Shown one piece after another: positions 9,439-16,858 of a stretch of 36,351 bases of DNA. Source of the DNA: Actinomycetota bacterium (GTDB taxonomy: Bacteria; Actinomycetota; Actinomycetes; JAKEEW01); the NCBI GenBank assembly GCA_046725875.1, contig JBKOZJ010000026.1:1-36351 (forward strand). Direction: 5' to 3'. A program made the position numbers and the translations under genes. The notes below the pieces were generated by a model that was given only the letters and a program-made list of their open reading frames with translations, had not been told where the DNA came from and did not search any database. Within the stretch, counting starts at the first letter, position 1. Every line of letters starts with the position of its first letter.

Positions 9439-9710
9439 CGGGACGCAGAGCTCCGAAGCGCCAGGTGCGGGACTGGAAGGACGCGGCCGCCGCGGTGACC
9501 GAGATGGAGACCGCCTGGGCGAGGTTTCGCGCCGGAGAGGTGGCCCCCGCCAACGTGACTGCCCTGAACGGCCTGATCGGGACGCTTCAGGTTGTCGGCG
9601 CGGACAAGGAGCTCGACGCCGCGGCCAAGCCGGCCGGGAAGTGCGTGAGCTCGTGTCCCGGATTGAAGCGACCGGGAGCTGACCCGCAGGTTGGTCCAAA
9701 CAAGGCGTGA
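9435..9710 (+). CDS. Possible small helical hypothetical protein or gene remnant (91 aa)
   Basis: GTG overlaps the helicase TGA (GTGA). DWKDAAAAVTEMETAWARFRAGEV segment has coding-like codons. Confidence 0.35.
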   Translation: MTGRRAPKRQVRDWKDAAAAVTEMETAWARFRAGEVAPANVTALNGLIGTLQVVGADKELDAAAKPAGKCVSSCPGLKRPGADPQVGPNKA

Positions 9711-9779
9711 GCAACAGCTCTGAGCGCCACCTGCCGGGGCCCAACGCGGGTAGTCCGGACGAGGTGTAGAACAGGAGAC

Positions 9780-11870
9780 ATGGCCCGGCGGAACGACGAG
9801 GTCGGCGGGCTGTTGCAGGAGTACGCCGATCTGCTGCGGATCACCGGCGGCGAGGAATACAGGGCGCGAGTGTACGAGAAGGCTGCGCGCGCGGTCGCCG
9901 GTTACCACGAAGATGTTGGGAAGCTCGGCGAGGATGGGCTGCAGCGGATCCCGGGTGTGGGCGCCTCGATTGCTACTAAGATCGCCGACTACCTGAAAAC
10001 CGGCCGGATGGATGCGCTCGAGGGACTGCATGCGAAGATCCCCGCCGGCGTCCGCGAGCTCCTGGTCATCCCCACGCTCGGTCCGCGCAAAGCGATGGTG
10101 CTCTACCAGCAGCTTGGCATCGCATCGGTCGCCGAGCTGGTCGACGCAATTGATGCGCAGAGGCTGCGCGGCCTGAAGGGATTTGGTCCGAAGACGGAGG
10201 AGCAGCTCCTGCACGGCGTCGAGCTCCTGCAGCGTGCGGGACACCGGGTGCACATTAACGTCGCGATGGACCTGGCCGAGGAGATCGTCGCCGCGCTGTC
10301 CGTCATCGCCGGCTGCCATCGCTGCACATACGCGGGCTCGCTGCGCCGGTACAAAGAGACGATCGGCGACATCGACATCCTCGCCGCGGCCCAAGATCGG
10401 GCCGCTGCGAAGATCACGAAGGCCTTTTCATCGCTGCCGTACGTCGACCAGGTCATTGCGACGGGTGGCACGAAGACCTCGATCCGTACGACCAAGGGCC
10501 TGCAGGTGGACCTGCGGGTCGTGCGGCCGGAATCGTGGGGTGCCGCGCTGCAGTACTTCACCGGGTCCAAGGCTCACAACATCCGCACGCGCGAGCTCGC
10601 CGTACACAACAAGCTGAAGCTTTCTGAGTACGGCCTGTTCGACGCCGAGACCGATGACGTCATCGTCTCGGAGACCGAGGAGGAGGTCTATGGGCGCCTA
10701 GGGCTGCCTTGGATCCCACCGCCGCTGCGTGAAGACCGCGGGGAGATCGAGGCAGCCCAGCGCGGAGAGCTTCCCCATCTGGTCGCCGAGCAGGACCTGC
10801 GCGGCGACTTGCATACCCACACCAATCTCACCGATGGTGTCTCGTCGCTCGAGGAGATGGTCGAGGCCGCGGCGGCGCGCGGCTATGCGTACTACGCAAT
10901 CACCGACCATGCGCCGAACCTCTACATGCAGCGCATGTCCGATGAGAAGATGCGCGCCCAGCGCGAGCGGGTGCGCACGCTCGACCGGCGGTACGGAAAG
11001 ATGCGGCTGCTGCATGGGACCGAGCTCAACATTGGTCCGGACGGCTCCGTGGACTGGCCGCCGGAGTTCCTCGCCGGCTTCGACATTTGTGTCGCTTCCG
11101 TTCACTCGCACTTCGATCAGAACCGCGACACCATGACGAAGCGGTTGCTGCACGCGATCGAGAACCCGTACGTCGACATCATCGGTCACCCGACCGGCCG
11201 CCAGATCGGGCGCCGCGCCGGCATCGACGCCGACCTGGACGAGGTCTATCAGGCATGCGCGCGCACTGGAACGATCCTGGAAATCAACGCCTACCCTGAC
11301 CGGCTGGACCTCAACGACGACGAGATCCTGCGGGCCAGGCACTATGGCGTGAAGTTTGCGATCGACAGCGACTCGCACTCCACGGTCCACCTGGCTTTCA
11401 TCCGATACGGCGTCGGTATGGCGGAGCGTGGCTGGCTCACCGCCGAGGACGTGGTAAACACCTGGCCGCTGCGGCGGCTTCGGTCCTACCTCTCCAGGCA
11501 TCGGCCCGCCAAGGCGAGCGCGTTATGCAGATCGTCGAGGAGACACCGGTCAGGTTCCGCATCGACCCGGCGGGTGAAATGCGGGTGCCGGGGATCGTGT
11601 TCGCCTCGAAGGCGCTCATCCCCGACGCGCAGGCGGACAAGTCACTCGAGCAGGTTGCGAACGTGGCAACGCTGCCCGGCATCGTGGCCGCGTCGTTCGC
11701 GATGCCCGACGTGCATTGGGGGTACGGGTTCCCGATCGGCGGGGTCGCCGCGACGGATGTGCCGGCCGGTGGTGTGGTTTCTCCGGGCGGGGTGGGCTTC
11801 GACATCTCGTGCGGTGTCCGGCTGCTCGCGGCGGGCGGTCTGGACCGAAGCGCCCTGCACGGCCGGCTGA
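9780..11870 (+). CDS. polX: DNA polymerase X with C-terminal PHP exonuclease domain; homologous part ends at about 11525 and the ORF reads through into rtcB
   Basis: AGGAG RBS. HhH motifs IPGVGASIA and KGFGPKT, catalytic GSLRR...GDIDIL and VDLR, YFTGSK. PHP motifs DLHTHT, TDH, SVH, GHPTG and DSDSH. Confidence 0.95.
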   Translation: MARRNDEVGGLLQEYADLLRITGGEEYRARVYEKAARAVAGYHEDVGKLGEDGLQRIPGVGASIATKIADYLKTGRMDALEGLHAKIPAGVRELLVIPTLGPRKAMVLYQQLGIASVAELVDAIDAQRLRGLKGFGPKTEEQLLHGVELLQRAGHRVHINVAMDLAEEIVAALSVIAGCHRCTYAGSLRRYKETIGDIDILAAAQDRAAAKITKAFSSLPYVDQVIATGGTKTSIRTTKGLQVDLRVVRPESWGAALQYFTGSKAHNIRTRELAVHNKLKLSEYGLFDAETDDVIVSETEEEVYGRLGLPWIPPPLREDRGEIEAAQRGELPHLVAEQDLRGDLHTHTNLTDGVSSLEEMVEAAAARGYAYYAITDHAPNLYMQRMSDEKMRAQRERVRTLDRRYGKMRLLHGTELNIGPDGSVDWPPEFLAGFDICVASVHSHFDQNRDTMTKRLLHAIENPYVDIIGHPTGRQIGRRAGIDADLDEVYQACARTGTILEINAYPDRLDLNDDEILRARHYGVKFAIDSDSHSTVHLAFIRYGVGMAERGWLTAEDVVNTWPLRRLRSYLSRHRPAKASALCRSSRRHRSGSASTRRVKCGCRGSCSPRRRSSPTRRRTSHSSRLRTWQRCPASWPRRSRCPTCIGGTGSRSAGSPRRMCRPVVWFLRAGWASTSRAVSGCSRRAVWTEAPCTAG

Positions 11871-12943
11871 CGCCGCTCATGGATGGGCTCGACCGGGCGA
11901 TCCCACGAGGGCCCGGCCGCGGGGCGGTGTGGCACGTAAGCCGGACCGAACTCGCAAAGATTCTCATCGGCGGGTCCCGATACGCCGTAGAGCGTGGCCA
12001 CGGGGTCACCCGCGACCTGGATCGCTGCGAGGACGGAGGTGCGGTGGACGGCGCTGATCCGGCCCAGATCAGCGACCGCGCCGTCGAGCGCGGCGCCGGG
12101 CAGGTGGGCAGCCTCGGGTCCGGGAACCACTTCCTCGAGGTGCAGGCGGTCGCCGATGTGTACGACGAAGGGGCGGCGGCGGCGATGGGTCTGGGGATGG
12201 GTCAGGTTTGCGTGATGATCCATTGTGGCTCTCGTGGCCTCGGTCACCAGATCTGCACCGACCATGTGCGGACGATGGAGCCGGCGATGGCGAAATACGG
12301 CATCGCCGTACCAGACCCACAGCTCGCCTGCGCGCCGGTTGACTCGCCCGAGGGGCAGGCGTATCTCGGCGCGATGGCGGCCGCCGCGAACTACGCCCGG
12401 GCGAACAGGCAACTGCTCGGTGTGGCCGCGCGGCGGGTGTTCGAACGGGTAACCGGCCATTCCCTCGAGCTTGTCTATGACATCTCGCATAACCTCGCGA
12501 AGGTCGAGACGCATCAGGTGGACGGGTCGGCCCGCCAGCTCTGCGTGCATCGGAAAGGCGCCACTCGCGCGTTGCCGCCAGGGCATGCCGACGTTCCGTT
12601 CGAGCTGGCCGAAGTTGGCCAGCCGGTCCTCATCCCCGGCACAATGGGCACATCGTCCTACGTTCTGGCCGGAGTGGCGGGCGGCGAAGCCTTCGCGTCC
12701 ACCTGCCACGGTGCTGGACGCCGGCAGAGCCGCCACCAGGCCGCCCGCGGTACCGGTGGCAAGGAGCTCCGCCGATCGCTCGAAGCCCGGGGAATCGCGG
12801 TTCGTGGCGCATCGTGGCGCGGTCTCGCCGAGGAGACTCCCACTGCTTACAAGGACGTCGACGAGGTAGTCGACGTCGCGCAGCGTGCCGGCCTCTGCCG
12901 CAAGGTCGCACGCCTCGTCCCCGTCGGCGTCGTCAAGGGCTGA
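11525..12943 (+). CDS. rtcB: RtcB RNA 3'-phosphate/5'-OH ligase (archaeal/eukaryotic-like clade)
   Basis: [64 protein letters not shown] and [11 protein letters not shown]. Confidence 0.97.
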   Translation: MQIVEETPVRFRIDPAGEMRVPGIVFASKALIPDAQADKSLEQVANVATLPGIVAASFAMPDVHWGYGFPIGGVAATDVPAGGVVSPGGVGFDISCGVRLLAAGGLDRSALHGRLTPLMDGLDRAIPRGPGRGAVWHVSRTELAKILIGGSRYAVERGHGVTRDLDRCEDGGAVDGADPAQISDRAVERGAGQVGSLGSGNHFLEVQAVADVYDEGAAAAMGLGMGQVCVMIHCGSRGLGHQICTDHVRTMEPAMAKYGIAVPDPQLACAPVDSPEGQAYLGAMAAAANYARANRQLLGVAARRVFERVTGHSLELVYDISHNLAKVETHQVDGSARQLCVHRKGATRALPPGHADVPFELAEVGQPVLIPGTMGTSSYVLAGVAGGEAFASTCHGAGRRQSRHQAARGTGGKELRRSLEARGIAVRGASWRGLAEETPTAYKDVDEVVDVAQRAGLCRKVARLVPVGVVKG

Positions 12944-12965
12944 TCGCCTCCCGTCTCCAACGGTG

Positions 12966-13086
12966 GAAGGGACCTTGCTTCTACGACTTCGGAGCAAGGG
13001 TCCCTTCGACTCCCCATGGTTTGGAGTCCTGTTATCCGTGCCGGGGCGCAGCCCCTTCTACGCCAAGCGGTTCGGAGCAAGGGTCC
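12966..13086. repeat. Structured intergenic element (hairpins + 16-bp direct repeat), probable bidirectional terminator/REP-like element
   Basis: Stem GAAGGGACCTTGCT/AGCAAGGGTCCCTTC (12966-13007) and stem GACTCC/GGAGTC (13008-13028). TTCGGAGCAAGGGTCC occurs at 12988 and 13071. Confidence 0.6.
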
Positions 13087-13096
13087 TGCTGCTTGG

Positions 13097-13513
13097 CTAT
13101 ACGTCGATGGTTACCTCGCACCGCCAGCCGCGGGTCGTGTGCTCCATGCGCAGCTCGTGCAGGGCGACCGCCTTCGGCGTGGCTCCCACAATCTCGGCGG
13201 CGGTCAAGTTGGCGGTGGTGAGGCGAAGGTGTGCACCGTCGTCGGTGGGCTCCACAGTGATCCCGATCGGGATCTCGCCGGTGGTGTCTACAACGTAGAT
13301 GACCTCGTCGAGCACTGCGACGAGGAGCCGCTCATCGATGTACTCGATGAGCTCGGCCTCGTAGGTCCCGCTTGGGGACACGCCGGATGTGTCGGCGAAC
13401 CCCTCCACCAGACCGCGCACCGCCTCGGTGATGCACTCTTCCCGGGTCGGCGCCCAAGCCTGGATGCGCACGTCGGCCGTGTGGGGCACCCGCCGATACC
13501 CACGATCAGCCAC
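13097..13513 (-). CDS. Archease (RtcB activator, SHS2 fold)
   Basis: GYRRVPHTADVRIQAW N-terminus, LLVAVLDEVIY, PKAVALH and C-terminal IDV. Likely GTG start at 13513. Convergent on rtcB. Confidence 0.92.
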   Translation of the reverse strand: MADRGYRRVPHTADVRIQAWAPTREECITEAVRGLVEGFADTSGVSPSGTYEAELIEYIDERLLVAVLDEVIYVVDTTGEIPIGITVEPTDDGAHLRLTTANLTAAEIVGATPKAVALHELRMEHTTRGWRCEVTIDV

Positions 13514-13789
13514 GGCGCAAACCGTAGCCCTAGACAGGCGGTAAGCGGCAGTCGTCGAGACAGGAGTTGCGATCAGTAGGAAAGCTTGCTCAAGCGTCGA
13601 TCGTGGAACCGCCTGGTTGCGAGGCCGCCGGCCGTCCACCCTGCCCGCCAGCCAGCTCGAGGTTCTCTGTGGCAGCAATCAATCGCGCGCGCTCTGCGGC
13701 CTCGGCGTCCGCCAGGTGATGGAACGAGCCCGGTATGGGACGGCCGCACACGGCAAGCTCGCTTTCAGTTACCGGAGTCTAGGCCGTTA

Positions 13790-13960
13790 CGAACGGCGAT
13801 TACCCGATCAATGGCCTGCATCGCGCAACGAGGGGCGCTCACCGGGTCAATCTCTGCCGCCTCCGCATCCGAACCGCGCTGACCTGGTCAATCTCTGGCA
13901 CCTCCGCGGACGAACGACGCTTACCTGATCAATCTCTGGCGTTCCTGCGACGATCGGAGT
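13790..13960. repeat. Degenerate tandem repeat, about 4 units of 39-41 bp
   Basis: Units start at 13790, 13829, 13870 and 13911 (partial at 13951). Core TCAATCTCTG at 13847, 13888 and 13929. Confidence 0.75.
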
Positions 13961-14493
13961 GGATCATCCTTTGGCATCCCGGCGTGACTTCGATCACGCA
14001 TTGGATCGAGGCATGGCATCGCTGCAGTACGAAATCGGCGAATTCTTAAGGCGGAACTGCCAACTCTTGATCCAACAAGTGATCAATTTGCTGCACCGCT
14101 GCCCCGCCCTGATCGTCTTCTCTCTCTGGTACTGCAGCGCCGCCACGCCCTGATCGGCTTGTCGATGCCATGCCGGACGGCCGCAGTGACTTGATCGCGA
14201 ACGACCCACTGTGCCGGGGTCCAGCTCGGTCGCTAGAGCCGGTGGCCGGGCCTGATCCTCACGCACTAAATGCCGGACCGCGAGCGCTGGACGGTGGGCG
14301 ATCGGTGTCGCAGGCTCCGCGGCCCGAACACGGGAATGGTTTGATCATGAGCTCGGGGTGCCGACCGGCTTTCGCGGTCGCTGGGGCGTACGGAGATCTG
14401 GGTCAAGCGCGACGACCTCACCGGTTTCATGCTCGCCGGTAACAAGGCTCGCCAGCTGATGCCGGCGCGCTAGCCGACGCGGCCATCGCCGGG

Positions 14494-15417
14494 CTAGGGC
14501 CGTGGCGCGAGGCGGAGCTGCTCGCGGCGGCGGCGGAGTATCGCCGCTAGGTCGGCCCGAACTCGATCGGCATCGCGGAGGCGGGCCGGTGTCAGCCGAA
14601 GCGGCAGCCAGCCCCGCTCGGCCAGAGCAGCGTCGCGCAGCATGTCGCGCTCTCGGTCTCCCTGACCGGTGTGGTACTGAGGACCGTCCAGCTCGACGTC
14701 GACCAGCTCCTCTTCGTATGCCACGTCGAGATAGACGGTCCTGCCGCCGAGATTGACCGGCAGCTGAAGTATGGGCCTCGGCAGCGACGGATGGTCGAAG
14801 ATCTCGCGGTATCCCCAAAGTTCCAGTTGGCTTCGGCAGCCCTCGGCGAGTAGATGAAGCAGGGCAAGCAGGCTGGCGCGTCCCTTGATAACAGGTGCGC
14901 TGAGGGTGGTCTCGGAGAGCCGAGCGACAGTGGTCAGCCGGTCTCCGATCGACTGGATCGCAGGCGATCGCCGACGGTGCGGATCGTCGATCATTGACCA
15001 CGACTCGACGATCGCGCGCTCGAGCCGGACGAGCGAGAAACCGTTACGCTCGGTGGTCCACGGTGGACCGATCCTGAAGTCCCGCCGGCGGTGCACCACG
15101 ATCCCGTCCCGCGTCCTCGCCGACGAGGTTGCGGGAACAGTGACATGCACCGACACGGACGGTGGGACCACCAGGCCGAACACCTCCAGCGCTGACAGGT
15201 GGCTGATCGCGCCCGTATCGCCGGCATAACGCAAAGCGGCATGCTTTCGCGTCGCGTCGTCGATCGCCCCCGACGAGGTGTACGTGCCAGGAGCGAGCCG
15301 AACCAGCCGCCCCGTCCGTACCGCGTAGTCGAGGCAGTGCCGTGGAGCGACCGCGAGCGCCTCGGCTCGCCGCACCACGCCCCGCTCTCGCACCAGGTTG
15401 ACCAGCTCCCGCCGCAT
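14494..15417 (-). CDS. AbiEi-like N-terminal wHTH / DUF559 (Vsr-like PD-(D/E)XK) protein
   Basis: N-terminal GVVRRAEAL...GRLVRLAPGTY and AISHLSAL. C-terminal GCRSQLE, YLDVAY, VELDGPQYH and RDAAL..RGWLPLR. Confidence 0.8.
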   Translation of the reverse strand: MRRELVNLVRERGVVRRAEALAVAPRHCLDYAVRTGRLVRLAPGTYTSSGAIDDATRKHAALRYAGDTGAISHLSALEVFGLVVPPSVSVHVTVPATSSARTRDGIVVHRRRDFRIGPPWTTERNGFSLVRLERAIVESWSMIDDPHRRRSPAIQSIGDRLTTVARLSETTLSAPVIKGRASLLALLHLLAEGCRSQLELWGYREIFDHPSLPRPILQLPVNLGGRTVYLDVAYEEELVDVELDGPQYHTGQGDRERDMLRDAALAERGWLPLRLTPARLRDADRVRADLAAILRRRREQLRLAPRP

Positions 15418-15885
15418 CCAAACGACGGTGGAGCACCCGCCCCGCCGGCACTAGGCGCGCCCGCCGATCTGTGGGTTAACCGCGCCGAATTCTTGACCCT
15501 GTGGAGCCGCCTGCATCGACTCGGAAGCGGGATGGGGCGGCGCACCGCAAACCAGAGCTCGGCCGCTCCATGCAGTCGCGGTTCGCCCAGCAGCGGTTCA
15601 CCCGGCCGCGGTTCACTCCGCCATGGCACAGCTGCGGTCCAGCCAGTTCCGGTGCTCGGGCAAGGCACCCCTCACCACTTATCCAGCCTGGCTGCAAGCC
15701 GACTGCGACACCGGCTCCTAGTGCAAACATGATCGATCGCCGCAACTCGGTCCAGGATCACGCCCGTAGACCGCGCGGCCCTCACTGCCCAATGACAATG
15801 GCGTCATCGGCGGTCAGTGGACATTTGAAGCATCTCCCGCCGGTGGACGAGTCAGCTCCACCTGGAGCGGAGGGAGGCGCGAAGC

Positions 15886-16626
15886 GTGGACGGCCCGTGG
15901 CCTGATACGGCCGAGACGCTCATCGCCGAACAGCTCAGGCTGGCTGCCGTACAAACCGAGCCATGGCCGCCGGCGGCCTACCTCCACCGCTCGGCCAGGT
16001 CCGAGTCGCGGTTCGCGGCAGAGCAAGTCACGGTTGGTGGGTGTTGGGTGTGTTTTCCGCGCGGGCTAACCGGTACGGGCGCGGCGGGCGAGCCGGCGTG
16101 GGCCGCGGCGGTCGTCAGGCGCGGACGGCGACAGCTCGACCAACACGTGACGACCGGTCTCGCGACCGGTCCATACGCGCCTGGGTTGCTTGCCTTGCGC
16201 GAGGGTCCGCTGCTGGAGGCAGCGGTACGCGGTCTGAGGGCGCCGCCGGACGTACTCCTCGTCAACGCGACCGGACGGGACCACCCGCGACGGGCGGGGC
16301 TCGCGGTGCACCTGGGCGCCGTTCTGGCGATCCCGACAGTCGGCGTCACCGACCGCCCGCTGGTGGCTGCCCCCGGTCCGGCACCGAGGGATGAGTACGC
16401 GGCAAGGAGTCCGCTATCTCTGGACGGCGAGATCGTGGCGTACTGGCTCAGAACGAGGGTCGGCCGCCGCCCTGTCCTCGTACATCCAGGCTGGCGCGTG
16501 CCCCCAGAGGTGGCGGTCGACCTCGTCGTCCGGTGCGCTGGCCGGCACCGTACCCCGGCGCCGCTGCGCGAGGCCCGGCGCCTCGCCAGGGAAGCCCGCG
16601 CCCATGACCAGGACGCCCTCAGGTAA
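15886..16626 (+). CDS. nfi: Endonuclease V-family protein with divergent catalytic residues
   Basis: GGAGG RBS. PYAPGLLALREG, DVLLVNATGRDHPRRAGLAVHLG, IPTVGV, PVLVHPG and RTPAPLR. Confidence 0.88.
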   Translation: MDGPWPDTAETLIAEQLRLAAVQTEPWPPAAYLHRSARSESRFAAEQVTVGGCWVCFPRGLTGTGAAGEPAWAAAVVRRGRRQLDQHVTTGLATGPYAPGLLALREGPLLEAAVRGLRAPPDVLLVNATGRDHPRRAGLAVHLGAVLAIPTVGVTDRPLVAAPGPAPRDEYAARSPLSLDGEIVAYWLRTRVGRRPVLVHPGWRVPPEVAVDLVVRCAGRHRTPAPLREARRLAREARAHDQDALR

Positions 16627-16639
16627 GAGAAATCGACCG

Positions 16640-16858
16640 GTGCTGCCGGGGCCTGGAACGGGCGCGCTTCACTTTGACGACGCGCGACGAGCGGGTCACC
16701 TTTGGAGCCAAGCCTTGGGAGGTGGACCGCTTGGCCGCCTCGGCGCCACCGCGCGGACAGCGATAACTACCCCGACGATCCGGAACTTCGTCGTAGGGGC
16801 GGATTCCGAAGGAAACACCCTCTGCGCGGCCGACAAAGGCGGCGCGGTCACGGCTTGA
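16640..16858 (+). pseudogene. Decayed VOC/glyoxalase-like gene (internal deletion + frameshifts)
   Basis: Across frames it reads DDARRAGHLWSQALG (N-terminal motif), then EVDRLA-LGAT, DNYPDDP and NFVVGADSEGNTLC (C-terminal DPEGN-type motif). Confidence 0.55.

Noticed and set aside
11526..11870. PolX C-terminal extra domain or programmed PolX-RtcB fusion
   Set aside because: The tail is an Arg/Ser-rich off-frame reading of rtcB and no slippery heptamer was seen. A single stop-loss explains it.
11642..12997. 451-aa minus-strand ORF
   Set aside because: Antisense shadow of rtcB.
13514..13678. N-terminal extension of archease in the ORF track (193 aa)
   Set aside because: Archease homology begins at GYRRVPHTAD, and the GTG at 13513 gives a normal protein of about 138 aa.
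13790..13960. Possible CRISPR mini-array
   Set aside because: The units resemble each other along their whole length, there are no unique 30-40-nt spacers, the repeats are degenerate, and no cas genes are present.
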